Part shown: in pieces, positions 25,636-39,300 of the stretch | Position numbering within the stretch: the first letter of the stretch is position 1 | Layout of the letters: each line of letters starts with the position of its first letter | From: Selaginella moellendorffii | Lineage: Eukaryota; Plantae; Lycopodiophyta | Direction: 5' to 3' | Assembly: GCF_000143415.4 (NCBI RefSeq) | Contig: NW_003314357.1 | Coordinates: 630,340-694,339 of the forward strand | Length of the DNA stretch: 64,000 bases | Notes under the pieces: generated by a model | The model's database searches: none | The model's input: the letters and a program-made list of their open reading frames with translations, nothing else | What the model was told of the DNA's origin: nothing | Program-made: the position numbers and the translations under genes

Positions 25636-26593
25636 ATGGTCTCTCGCGCTCACGCCGCCCCAATGCTTGCCCGCCGAGCTCAAGCGCCCTGGCATGGCGG
25701 CCATCACCGAGCTTCACGCCCGCGAGCTCCAGCTCTAGCTCCAGCACATCCAGCACACCACCATGGACACCAAGGCCACGAGCCAGCGCCAGCTTTAGCT
25801 CCAGTTCTTCAAGGTGACGCTCCAGATTGAGCCCCAGCGCCAGCTGCTTTCGTTCACCCTGCTCACGGCCACCCTGCTCATCTAGCTCCAGCGCCTGCTA
25901 TCCTCGATCATGCTCGCCACCACCATCCAGCTCCAGCAGCAGCAGTGTACCATCATCATCACGGTGATGGAGCTCCTCTGGTTGTTCACCACCATCACCA
26001 TGGTCACCACCATGGAGGACGCCACAACCACCACCACCACCCCCACCACCATCGTCGTGACGGTCACGACGCAGCAGTGGCCACACCAACACCCGCAGCA
26101 GTAGTTACAGTGGTTCGGAGGACGCCGTGGTCGCTGCTCCAGTTTCTTCTCTGGGTTTTGGTTGCGATCTTGGTGCTGCTCGCGTGCTTTTTGCTCGTGC
26201 GATGGATGTTATCTCGAAGGAAGCAGCGCAGTAATGTGATCTTTCAGGATCCCGGGTGGCAGATCGAAGTTGTGGTGGACGATCCTCCGACTGAGAAGAA
26301 ACAGCTGGAAGCTCACACTCGTGGTTTGCACAGCAATGGCACTCTAGGATTCTCCTCAAAGTGTCCTGCCAACACTGGCAGTGACGTGTAACTCAGCACA
26401 GTGCATGCGTTGTCACATGGAAGATTGTGTACAAAAAATCTTCAAGGAGATGAAGTTGCAGAGCAAGAAGACAGCAGGCTCTTTCTCACGGACAGTGAAG
26501 ATCACATAACCAGACTTGGAAGTTATTGCACAGCTGGCTCGGAACATGGACTGGAAAATAGAGCAAGAACCTACCAAGTTTCGATTTGACTGA
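25636..26593 (+). pseudogene. His-rich membrane protein gene, copy B
   Basis: CGA>TGA at 25828-25830. A 12-bp deletion in the predicted exon 2 creates TAA. Confidence 0.8.
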
Positions 26594-26807
26594 GCTATCC
26601 TCTAGAGGCAGACGTTAGTGCACCTCCAAAGGCCAGAGAAGTTGCTTGAGACGAAAGGTTTGAGAAAAGGTAACGTACTACTTTTGCTCTCTGTTCTTGC
26701 AGGCGCTCAAATCTCAATTTCGATGAGAAGAAGCAGTGCAGGGCATAGCAGCCAGATAAGTTTCTCCAGAGTCAAGCCGGGAATCAAGGAAGTGCAATTG
26801 TGAAAGT

Positions 26808-27131
26808 ATGGTCGAAGTCTACACTGCGGCTTGCAACACAGGTTGTTCAACAGGATGGGACGAAGAACAGGATAGGTTGGTCTACCTCGCAAATTGTGAA
26901 TACAAAGCCGATGCATTCGTCACAAGCAGCCTCGTGGACATGTGGAAGCATCACAAGTGTTCAGGAGGACAAATAAACATGACGTTGGCTGCCTGGAACA
27001 CGATCATCATGGGACAGCACGTCTTCTATCAGATGGAACAAGAAGCTGGCCTGTCTCCAAACGCTGAGACTTTGCATGGAGTAGGAAAACATTGTTTCCT
27101 GGGATATGCTGAGAACAACCTTTGCTCTTGA
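26808..27131 (+). pseudogene. Heavily deleted PPR fragment in the composite unit (also 39217-39540, 47401-47724, 55498-55821 on minus)
   Basis: Remnants DAFVTSSLVDM, AAWNTIIMG, FYQMEQEAGLSPNAET. Confidence 0.6.
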
Positions 27132-27619
27132 GTGCTATGAGCAAGCCAGCAGCCAAACGCTCAGACTTTCATGGTGGCGCTCAAGGCACACAGCGACTTA
27201 GCAGAGAAGAGGCCTTGCTCAATGAGAGAAAAGCTTTTCTCGGGAGGTTGGTAAACTTTGCAAGGAATGCAAGGTTGATGGAGCCGTCCATGAAACCCAA
27301 ACAAAGATGGTACCTGAAAAGACGCAAAAGGGTCTTAGCTGGCACACCATGGTGAAGGACAAAAAAAGAGACAATACTTAGTATCATTCATTGAGTATTT
27401 TAATTGATCAATGGTTATAAACATATTTATAATTTATGAGTCAAGATTAATATTATTCCATATCAATAGTAGAATAAATAAGAATATACTAGAAAGTGTT
27501 TAGGAAAGATTATAAATTATAAATAAAAATATTAATCTAAATGAACAACAACTATTAGCTATTAAAATATCCTAGAATCTATATTTGAATACGCGTACTT
27601 GCCCAGCAAATGCTGGGTG

Positions 27620-28075
27620 CTTTACAAAGAGGTGGATGTGCGGAGAGTTTTTGACCCGATGGAGAGGCACAATGTTGTCTCGTGGACAACGCTGATGCTC
27701 GGATACATCCAGGCGGAGCAAGCACCGGCTGCACTGGATCTCTTCTCGCAGATGCAGCAAGTCCAAGGCCTAGTACCCGACACTCCAACTTACACCGCTG
27801 CACTCCAGGCCTGTGGGAGCTCCAAGGCTCTGGAGACTGGAAGTGCCATCCACCAGCAGATCTGTCATGCCGAGATGGAAGCCAAGGTGGTCGTTGTGAA
27901 CTCTCTGCTGGGCTTCTACGGACGGTGTGGCTGCATGGCGGAAGCTTGTGAAGTTTTCAACTCAGCAGCCAGCGCGGGACGTGACGCTGTAACTTGGAAC
28001 GCAATCATCTCCAGCTACTGCCACCAGGGAGATGTAGTCTCGGCTCCCAGGCTCTTTGAGCGGATGCTGGAGGAT
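27620..28075 (+). pseudogene. PLS-class PPR gene fragment (captured)
   Basis: RRVFDPMERHNVVSWTTLMLGY..ALDLFSQM..PDTPTYTAALQACG..IHQQI..VVNSLLGFYGRCGCMAEACEVF..DAVTWNAIISSY. No real start; fused to unrelated sequence after ~28075. Confidence 0.85.
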
Positions 28076-28559
28076 CACTGGCAGTGTACTTCATCTTCTT
28101 CAGCTTCCCCTCCTTTGACAGCTCAAAGAACTCTTTTGATGCCTTCAGGTCGCACACACCATCTGGTCACTCGCATACCTTGCATCACCCACACCTGCTG
28201 CCATGGTGCCAGTCAGCTCCAGGATTCAAGCATAGCCCAGCTCTTCATTTCTGGTGCACTCCCTCACCAGCCCTGCCTGTGGTGCTGCTCATGCACTGCT
28301 TGCAAGTGAGTTGATCCCGAAAGGAGTCTGGATTGTGTGCCTAACTACCATTCTACTTGCCCCTATTATCCCTGTGAGCACCTCCTCTAGGAGCTTACAG
28401 ATGCACAGACTCTCACGGGAATGCCCACACAACCATGCCTGAGCAAAGCAGCCATGGAGCCCTAGGAGTGCATGGTGTAACACTTGTCACCATGGCCTCT
28501 TCCCTTCACTTGGACAAAAGAGTTCCAAGCGGTGCTAGCCTTGGAGGTGGCAGTGGTAA

Positions 28560-28886
28560 TGCCAACTCATGTCTTGAGACATAATCACACATGGGTTTTC
28601 CGTGTCAAGGAAAGTAGAAAAGTTTAAAATACAATCTTAGCTTACACTGAAATGGTCAATCACATCGCACAAATTCTGCTTGTTTGAAGAAAGATTTTCA
28701 CCTGGAATACACAATAAAAAAGATGTAAATCCCTCGCACGATAGAAACCAACCTTGTTGATTTTTCAAGACAATAGTGTTGCTTCCAGCAGTGATTCTCC
28801 GCTCAATAGCTATCATCTTATCATATAGATTTTGCTTATAAGCATTTGACCCTTCATTTTTTAACTCTACCACTACCAAAGCAGAC
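28560..28886 (-). pseudogene. SMC6: Captured SMC6 fragment (three partial exons with introns)
   Basis: VVVELKNEGSNAYKQNLYDKMIAIERRI..IVLKNQQG / ENLSSNKQNLCDVIDHFS / ENPCVIMSQD matches the SMC6 N-terminal head up to the Q-loop. The first GT-AG intron is retained. Confidence 0.85.
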
Positions 28887-29270
28887 CTGGAACTAAAACA
28901 ATGCTAGAAGAAAGTGCGGACAAATCAATTAAATCTTGACACAAACTATACCAAGATGTGCATTGACACAGCATCTCAGATTTGGATTGCAAATCGGCAG
29001 CAGTGGCAGGGGCTCTCTTGCCATTTCATAAACCCTAGAAAAACATTACAAAAGAAAACCAATTTACTTGATAGATTGCAAGCGTAGTCATATGCAACAT
29101 GTGTCGCAGCATTTTCTTCTCTCGCCCCACACAGCTTAGCTGCCTCCCATTGGCTGGGAGCAAACATCAGTGAAATTATTTGCAAACACATGGTTAAAGA
29201 AATAACCCCTTTATGATTGGTTGGATCCAGTGGCCCAAAAAGTTCAGCAACTCCTCCTTATTGTGATAAA

Positions 29271-32200
29271 CGAGTACTTGCCTAGCAAATGCTCGGTGGC
29301 TTACGAAAAGGTTTAATATAAAACCTCTTTATAAATAGTGTTAATTGTAAAAACAGAAGGATCTTGAGGAAGGAGGTGGCCTTAGCATGTGGTGTTTTGA
29401 ACTTTAATTTTAATGCCATGTGGTGATGTGGATCTTGATAAAATCACATAAAGTTGCCCATGAGTGAAAACTAGGGGAGCAAGTAAGTTCCAACTCAGTC
29501 AAATGTCTGTTCTTAGCATTTGGGGATTGTTAAGCAATAACCTAAACGGATTGGAAATTGTCCTTTGAACGGAATTTTTGTATTTGATGGTATTAGTGTG
29601 ATACATGGGATAAAAACTCTTATCCCTTTAAATTGCCCAATCACAATTTCACAGTCTAAAACATTTGGTAGTGCATTTTTCAAGATGAGACATGTGCCAT
29701 TGTATAGTCCTGCTGATAGAGATATATTCCTTAGGAGGATAAGAATAGCACCTTGTTTGAAAGAGAGTTTATGTGGTGGGAAACTAGAAGGTGTGATAGA
29801 ATTTAGGAATTCTATTGAAAATTTTTCAGGATGTTCAATATTAACAAAATCAACACTTTTGTAGATATATGAATCACCTTGTAATCTAAAGATAATAGTA
29901 TTATTGATTGCAAATGTGTCATCATTAAGTGGGGTAAATATGACTTGATAGGGTTTGAAATATCAAATACTGAAGAGTAGACAAAATCAATATTAGATGA
30001 ATAAATTAGTTGTGTATGAGGTAATAAAATGGAGTTAGAAGGTAAAGATGGTAAATTTTGAAAAATTTCACCATTTCCAACTTTGAGAAGTCATTCAGCC
30101 CATGATTTATCACTTTCAGCAAGTCACATATTTTTTTTCAAAAATAATTTTCTAAATAATCTTTATAATTTATTCATTTTTATAGAACTTGAAACAATTT
30201 GTGCTTTATGTCCATGTGGAATGACTAGAAGTGTCTCTCTAAAGTCCCTGCTAGTGACAACAATTATGCCACCAAAAGGTAATGATGTATTTTTAAGTCT
30301 TGCAACACTCGATCAACAGTAGTGAATGCATGAGTGTGAACCATATTTATTTCATCTGACAACAATATGTTAGTAGTTTTGATTTTTATACCTACTTCAC
30401 TATAGCAGTTATAGCACAAGTTGATGTTTCATTTATTGGAATAAGAGGTTTAAAAGTAGTGTGTGAAGTTTGGCCATTATAAAGTAAAGTACTTGCAATT
30501 TCTATCTAAGCTATGCTAACAGCATTTATTTTTTTCAGTTGTAAAATATTTCTAAGAGTGTTAAGAAAAAATGTTTTACCAGTACTACCAGGGCCATCAA
30601 TGAAAATGTATTGATTATGCTCAGTTGGGTGATCAATAACATTAAGAATATCATTAAAAATATTTAACTATTCTTGATTAAATTGAGGAATATTTTGTTC
30701 AACATTTTGATATATTTGTGTTGAGTTGACATTATTTTCATTTTCAAAATTTTCAGACGGGAAAGGTAGATGGTAGTTTTGATTAATTTTGCCATGCATT
30801 TTCATTTTAATATTTATATTATGCAAAGCATATTCATAATGAAAAATTGGATTTGTTTGCATGAAATCTTTAGAAAGGAAGTCTTTAAATTTATCCCATA
30901 AAAAGTAAGGATCTTTTGGAGTGCAAGAGGTACAAAATAATACAAATAATTGTTGTAATTGTGATAGCATTCTAAAAAAGCAAGCATTTTTTAAACATTT
31001 TTCTCATTCAATATCATCAGCTATAAGCCCCATTGCATATACAACTTGTTGAAAAGTGTCATAATAAATATTGTTAACTGTTTTGAGATTTTTGAAAGAC
31101 GTAACACCTTTTTTATGGAGTAAAATAAGATGTAAATAATATAATTCAACATTGGATGGAGACACAGAATACATTTGGGGAATGACATTTGTTGTATGTT
31201 AAATTTGCCAATTATGAATATGAGGGTTAAATGTATAATATAAAGGACAATATTAGGATATATATATTGTCTAGCATTTCGGTCATTTATATTTAATTGC
31301 AACTGTGAGGGCCAAGTGTACTGCTATGATGCTGTATACTAATATTAGCATAGTGGGATTTTGGTAGCTGTCAGATTAGTTTCAATCTGGACTACTCGCT
31401 TCTATATATAAGCTAGGGTTTTTGGGCTAATTGATATACATATTTTTTGTGTTCCTTTTCCATATTCCAAGCACTCACATTGGTGGAGGTGAGGGGCACC
31501 TTTGATTGTTCTTGAGGAGTGTTTGAATTTGGGATTTTGGTTTAGATCTAACTTTTGCATCGTCTAGATCTAGCTTTTTCCATTTCCTTTCTTTTGTTCT
31601 TCCCTTTCAGGATTTTGGTTTAGATCTAGCTTTTTGCATTGTCTAGATCTCCCATTTCCTTCTCACTTTTTGTCGTTTCTCTTCTTTTGCTCTTTCTTTG
31701 TCCGTCTTTATGGTAGATCAGTAATCTCCTCCTTTGACTCTGGAGCAACAGTTGGTATAACTAGATTGGTTGCAGTGCAATTATGCCAAGTGTGACTTTG
31801 AGGCTTCTCCCCCTTGTCTCATACTTCCTTATATTTCATCCATTCCTCTTACTTCCATACCTCTTCATCCCTCTACTTTTACCTCTACTTCCATTATTTT
31901 TGTTCCCCCATTATTTCCTCCTATGTTTTTGTCTTGTTCTGCTCTTCCCTTTTTCGATCCCTCCGACAGTCTTTGTGTTGCAGCGGTTGACCAGCTCATG
32001 AAGGAGTATTCTGATCTCTTTGAATTTGACCTATCATCTGGGGCCAAGATTGCCACACGTCATCTGATTTCAACCAGGGATGCTCGTCCAATCAAGGTTC
32101 CTGTTCATTGTCGGTCACCCAAGAAGATCAAGATTTTACGTGCAAACGTCAAGGAGATGTTGGAGAAGGGTGTTATTCGGAAGTCACGGAGTCCTTGGGC

Positions 32201-35200
32201 ATGTGAACCTCATCTTGTGACGAAACCTGATGGGAGTATTCGTTTCTGCATCGACTATTGTCTGTTAAACAAAGTGATGATCCCAGATGTATACCTTCTT
32301 CCTCACACTGCTGATCTCTTGGATCGTCTGGGGCAAAGTCATTGGTTCACCAAGTTAGATCTTGCTTCTGGGTACTAGCAAGTACCGATGGCCGAAGAAG
32401 ATATTCCTAAGACTGCTTTTCGTACACCATTTGATTTGTATGAGTTCTTGGTGATGCTGTTTGGTTTGAACAATGCTTTAGCAACTTTCTAACGGATGAT
32501 GGATGAGGTTCTTTGTGATATGCTAGAGGTGACTACTGATTTCATTGATGATGTCTTGATTCACTCGGAGGGGACATGGGAGGAGCACATTTGTGATATG
32601 TGTAAAGTGTTGGATCGGCTACGGGACGTTGGTTTAAAGCTGAAGCGGTCGAAATGCATATTTGGGTCCAAGGACACGACTTATCTTGGGTACCGTATTT
32701 CTCATGAAGGTTTGTAAGTTGATCCTAACAAACTTGTGACTATTCTAAAGTTCCCTACTTCAAAGTGTGTGAATGATGTGCAGCGCTTCTTGGGCAAGGT
32801 GCAGTATCTCGGTCATTTTGTGGATCATCTTTCTGATTGTACTACACCGTTGCGAGCATTGCTGAAGTCATCAATGTCATCTTTCATCTGGTCTTTAGAT
32901 TGTGAGCGGGTGTTTGTGGATCTCAAAGAGCTGTTAACGACTCCTCCGACTTTGGCATATCTTGACTACACTCGACCTTTTATTTTGCGCGTAGATGCTT
33001 CTGATATTGGTCTTGGAGGTATGTTGATGCAAGAAAGCTTGAGTGTGTCTGGTCAGCATCATCCCATTGCATATATAAGCTGTACGTTACAATCAGCAGA
33101 GGTGAACTACTCCATGATAGAGAAGGAGTGTTTAGCGGCAGTTTGGGGTTTCGAGAAACTTCATGCATATCTACATGGTTCTTGGACGTTACTTGAAAGT
33201 GACTATGCTGCCGTTACTTCATTATTGAAGCGGAAGAACCTGGTTGGTCATACTGCTCGGTGGGCTTTAAAGCTTCAGATATATGATTTTGATGTTGTTC
33301 ATCACCCAGGGAGTTCTATGGCTGATGTTGATGCCCTTTCTCGAGCTCCTCTTCCTTCTCCACTCTCTTCTCATGTTTCTGACGAGCCTGTTATTCCAGC
33401 CTCTGTGGATTTTCTAGACGAGGATTCTGTGCCCGTCGGCGGTTGCTGTACTTGACATTTAGTGTCCACAAGGTGCAAAGCAAGATCTACCTTCTTTTGA
33501 TGAGGTTCACGAGGCTCAAAAGATTGAGCTGTGGATTCAAAGCCTTCAAGATATATTTGAGAATCCTGCATCACTTGTTGATGACTTGCCTTTTTGGCAT
33601 TTACATTCTCAATATCGCCTTGAAGATGGCCTTCTTTATTTTGTAGGGATGGATCTTGATGATCATTTATGGCTGGTGGTGCCTTCTGTCTTTTTCCCAC
33701 GGTTTTTCCATGCCTATCATAATTCTCATGTTCTAAGCGGGCATATGGTATATCGTCGTGTGACTGAGAAGCTGCGTAGGTCTTTCTATTGGCCAAAGAT
33801 GCGACATGATATTATCCGGTATGTGCGTAGCTGCGTTTGGTGCCAAGCTTGTAATACTCCCCCTTGTGTTGTGGAAGGACGGTTGGAGTCAATTGCAGTT
33901 TCCCGTCTGTTTGAGTTAGTGGCATTTGATCTTATGGGACCTTTTTCCATGGTCGACTGCTGACAATGAGTATATTATTATTGCTTCTGACTACTTAACT
34001 CGTTGGGTGGAAGTTGGTGCTCTTGCTAGTGCCTCTGCAACTGCTGTTGGATACTTCCTCCTCAATCGAGTGGTGTTCCAACATTCTTGTCCAGAGTAAA
34101 TTCTTTCGGATAATAGTCCCGCATTTATGGCTGAGGCATTTCATATCTTGACGTCTCAATTGGGGATATGCCACACTTTCACGAGTGCGTATCATCCATA
34201 ATCAGACTATCTGGTGGAACGGCTCGTTCAGACATTTAAAGGGATGATTGCGAAGTATGTGAACTTTCAACATTAGGATTGGGATGGTTATTTGGCGTCT
34301 CTTCGGTATACCTATGTCACAGGGGTGCAGAGTTTTGTTGGTGCTTCACCATATAAACTCCTATATGGTCATGATCCAATATTACCAACGGAGTTGGGTT
34401 TACCTTCGCGATTGCCACGAGTTGCCGATGCTAGGTCGTGAGATCAATATTTGACGAGCATTCTTCCACTTGTCGGAGTAGAGTCTGCTGAACACTTAAG
34501 CTGCGTACAAGTGGGACAATAACGGTGCTACAACTCCCATCATCGTCCACCTGTGGAGTACAAAATGGATGATTTGGTGTTAGTCCGTTTTCCCCGTCTT
34601 ATGGTATGTGGTTTATCTAAGGGGCTCCTTGCGCAGTGGAAAGGACCATATCGGGTGTTGTGGCAAGTTGTACCACAAGTTATGAGGTTTGGCATGACGT
34701 TCAGCAGGCCGATCCTCCGGAGATTGTGTATGTGCAGCGGTTGAAACGCTTCATACAAAGGGATCAAGAGCAGTTAATACCAATTACAAATCCACCGATG
34801 CCTCCCCTTAACGTTCCTCCAGATCCCAGCCCATCTACAGGAGAACCTTGACGGCCTTCCATTATTTTGAGAGGAGGGGATGATATGCAGACCAAGTGTA
34901 CGACTATGATGCCATATATTAATATTAGCATAGTGGGATTTGGTAGCCGTTGGATTGGTTTCAATCCGGACTACTCACTCCTGTATATAAGTTAGGGTTT
35001 TTGGGCTAATTGATATGCACATTTTCTATATTCCTTTTCCATATTCCAAGCATTCACACAACCATTTTATCAATATTGTATCATTTTGAGTAGCTCTTTG
35101 AAGTGCCATTTTTTCAGAACCTTCTATAAAATAGACATTTTGAAAATTTGGAAGTTGGATAGGAAGATAAATTATAGGGGTTGAACAACCATGCATTTTA

Positions 35201-36380
35201 AATTTAAAAAGTCTCCATATTGCTTTTGGAGCAGATATATAATGTGTATTTAAAAAGTTGAGATTTCATCCCAATTTAAAATATTATTAAGTTGTTGGGT
35301 TGTTGAATGGATTTCAATTGTAGCACAATCATAACCTTTATAGACATATTGAAATAAATATTTAATAATTTTTATAGTAGCACAAATTTCAATATTAATA
35401 TGAGCATTATATTTTTTACAAAGTTATTTATTATAAGGAACTACCCAATGATTATCAACATAGCACCCAATTTTTAGAAATGTGTGGCCATTATCAGGTT
35501 TATAATAATCTATATTTCCATCAACACTAAAAGAAGTTTTATAATTAAAATTTTTTGGATAACCTTTTGAGCAAGTGTCATTTTCCATGCAAGGACTATT
35601 AGGGTAAAGAGGCCCACATGGACCATGTATCATATTAAAGGTAATTATTTTAGAAATTTCAAGTTCATCTTGAGGATCTTGAGGATGTATTGATTAATAG
35701 CACCACAGTCTTTAATCTTGTTTTCATGAAATAAAATCCCTAGAAAGTGACAATGTGGAAGGCCTCTCCTTCAAAATTCAATTATATATTTAAAAGTAAT
35801 ACAATTTCCAAAAATATAGTTTTTAGTAATATCATTCAAAAATTCTTTAAGCTTGATATGAAATACTCTAGAAACCAAGCGTGGATGATCTCCAGGGTCT
35901 TCATTTTGATGTAACTGTTTAGAAATTTCTAGCTATTTGGGATTGCATATAAAAGTAATGAAAAGATCTGGCTTTGAAAAATGAATAACTATAGCCACTA
36001 CATTTTGATAATTTTGTTGCATTGCTTTAGGGCCATCTCCAAAACTTGAAGGTAAAATAACAATCTTTTTGTGGATTTATATTTTCATTAGTAGCACGGT
36101 TTGCAACATAATCCATAAGACTAGTATACATTTCAACTTGCAATTGTTTATGATGAGTGCGATAATAATTCAAATTAATGCTTTCAACTTTTACATAAGC
36201 ATCGACTATATATTATTGTGTGAGTTTTCCTGCATGTAAAATTTGATCAAAACCAAAGTGTATTGTGTCTCTTATATATAAACAGTATACATAATATTGG
36301 AGTAATGTAATTTGACATCCGGAATTAAAAATAATTTTGTGCCAGCCTTTGTCACCAAAAGGAAATATTAATGGGTATTA
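29271..36380 (-). mobile_element. Degenerate Helitron (Rep + PIF1 helicase), interrupted by an LTR element
   Basis: Rep part 35059-36380: ILPSSFGDGPKAMQQNYQ, PDLFITFICNP, IEF*RRGLPHCH, MIHGPCG..NSPCM, DNHWVVPYN, KYLFQYVYKG. Helicase part 29313-31303: FIDGPGSTGKTF, PPHKLSFKQG..LLRNI..GLYNGT, QFPIRL, FTHGQLYVILSR, TINTIYKEVL*. Terminal hairpin at 29280-29296. Confidence 0.92.
31304..35058 (+). mobile_element. Ty3/Gypsy LTR retrotransposon with both LTRs, gag deleted
   Basis: LTRs 31304-31479 and 34884-35058; PBS 31481-31496; PPT 34869-34880. 4-bp TSD CAAC at 31300-31303 and 35059-35062. RT, RNase H (VDASDIGLG, NYSMIEKECLA) and integrase (HHCC..YVRSCVWCQ) with stops. Confidence 0.95.
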
Positions 36381-39300
36381 ATTTGTTGTGATATTGTAAA
36401 TCTTTTTATTTACAATATCAATTCCATAATTGAGAATTATATACTTGTATTGTTATTTAATGTTGATACTTTTAACTTCCACCTTCAACTGTAATGCTTT
36501 CGAGTATGTTGCCTTGCTTCCTTTGATTATGTATTTGTAATTTTCACACATTCATTCTTTCTTGTTTTTAGAATTTCTTAAGAAAAGTGCTAAAGTTGAG
36601 TTTGTGGTTATGGTTGTAAAGTGTTCTTTTCAAATTTAAAGTTTGCTTCAACTAAAGCCCAAAGCTCCAAATTCATCAATATCACCCCTTCTTCAACTAA
36701 TCAAATACATAGTATATATTCTACTTTCTGGATAATTAACACTACATAGACTATGTGAGCAAAACTTCTATAGGACATAACAACATGAATAATCACAATA
36801 TTGTGGAGGATTGCCATATTGTTATCTACAAAAACAATCAACTGGAGTGTGTAAAGGTCATATAGTAATTTTCTTACTATATAATATTCCTCCAATCCAA
36901 GTAAAACATTTGATTGTAGAACTTACTTTAAGTTGATATCTAACTCACTAATTTCCATGAATCTTTCCTAATTTGACTTGGAAGAACCTAGGCTCTTCAT
37001 TGCTCAAAAGCATTGGTTTTCTTTGTTCTATAGTTATATATTTATACTTGAGATAGTGCAAATGTGTTTGTTGTATGGGCTCACTTATTCATTCCTTTCT
37101 TTTGATAGTTTCAAGGTTCTCAGTTGGTTTTATTGCAAATTAAATTCAAAAATCATATAAAGTTGATCTCATCACTTTTATTACTTTGTGACCAAGAGGT
37201 TGTGTCAATGTTGTAATAGATAAGAATTCCACTAAACCCTCAAAATAACATTGATTTTTTTTATAACTTAGCCTTAAATATAAAAGTATATAAAGATCTA
37301 TTGTAGCATAGAGATGACCAAGTCATTCTAGAATGTTTTATTTGAAAATATGCATTTAGAGAAATTTGTTTTTGATAGCCATATCATATGGTAAATTTCA
37401 ATAAGATTTATTGTTAACACTTCATAGCAAGTATTTCAAAACTCATTGAATAAAAAAAGAGAATTAATAAAGATATCAATATGAGTACTTCCTTAACTAA
37501 AGTTCTTAAATGTGGAAAATAAATAAACCACTATGTCAGCCAAGTTTGTAGTTGTAGAATTGCATTTTTTATAAATATTACCTTCAACCCACTATAAACG
37601 TATAAACTTGTAATACTTATTTGCATCTTGTAAAGTGCTTATACCTTTTAAACTTTAACAAAACCACTTGTGGTTATTATGGTGTTCAACTTAAATACAT
37701 TAACCTATGCTTTCATATAAACTTATTTCTTAATGGAAAAGGCAACTCTTTCTCATTTAACTAAAACCTTGTTTAGACAATTCTAATACCTTATCAATTT
37801 CTTTATGCTTTGTTACTCATGAAACCGTAAAACATTAATGGTGTTGAAAATCCTAATTCAACTTAGTATATATTATTTAGTAGTGTTTAAAAAAGAACTT
37901 AAAATGGCATCTCTTTCAAATATCTATATTTGCTAATATAAGGAGCTAGTAAATAGTGAGCCAAGGGAGTCAACAAAAATATTCTGATACACTAAAGAAT
38001 ATTTTATTAAGGTTTTCGCTGCAAACAGTTTTATTATTCATATGTTTCAAATAAAATTTAATTCAATTAATATTTACATCTGTTTAACTTACCACCATCT
38101 AATCTTTGTGGCAGAGGTTTTGGGTTATCACCTAATTTAGAGAGTAATTTGTTAATTTAATATTCAATAATTAGTATTTATACTAATTGTTTAAGTTATA
38201 TATTCATATTAAGTTGATACAATACCAATATCTATTTTTTTCACCGTTTGTTCAAAACATTATGATGAATCCAAGGTTTAACATTTAGATCCATAATATG
38301 CAAAGGATGAAAGACTTTCAAAGTTTAACGTTAAAAAAAGTATATGCAATTGCAACTTGGGAATTAGTTGATTATGATGTTGTGAAAATTACCATTTACA
38401 ATATCACTTTGTTAACTGAAAACTATATACTTGTGATTATGGTATTATTGATTGATGTTCGTATTTACTTTTTAACTATATTGCCTTTGAGTATATTGTC
38501 TTTGCTTCCTTTGACTAAGTATTTGTAAGATTTAAATAATCTTGAAAGATTTAAATAACTTAAATTGTAATTATGAATTTTGTATATATGTACAGGGCAT
38601 GGTTGAAAGAAGAATATAACATCTAATCTACAATAAAATCTTGGAGAAAATTAAGTCCCATATACACTAATGAAAAAAGTTAAATATACTGATATAAATA
38701 CGTTTGTGAATAGGCTTGTACAGAATTAAAGTGACCAAACACTATAAATCTATAATTGGTTTGCTTAAGCAAACCTGTAGCAGTATTGACTATATTTAAA
38801 TATACTTGGAGATTCTAGGATATTTTAATAGCTAATAGTTGTTGTTCATTTAGATTAATCTTTTTATTATATTCTTTCCTAAACACTTTCTAGTATATTC
38901 TTTTTTATTCTACTATTGATATGGAATAATATCACCATGGTGTGCCACTTAAGATCCTTTTGCATCTTTTCAGGTGCCATCTTTGTTTGGGTTTTATGGA
39001 CAGCACCATCAACCTTGCATCACACTCTTTCCTTGCAAAGTTTACCAACCTCCCGAGATAAGCTTTTCTCTCATTGAGCAAGCATGCTGAGTAGTGGATT
39101 CCATCCAGATTTCTCTCCCAGATTTGTGAGTGGAGCCTCTTCTCTGCTAAGTCGCTGTGTGCCTTGAGCGCCACCATGAAAGTCTGAGCGTTTGGCTGCT
39201 GGCTTGCTCATAGCACTCAAGAGCAAAGGTTGTTCTCAGCATATCCCAGGAAACGATGTTTTGCTACTCCATGCAAAGTTTCAGTGTTTGGAGGCAGGCC

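Noticed and set aside
27572-27575. CTAG as a Helitron 3' end
   Set aside because: The same CTAG is internal to continuous homologous sequence at ~38815 and ~47007, so it is not a terminus.
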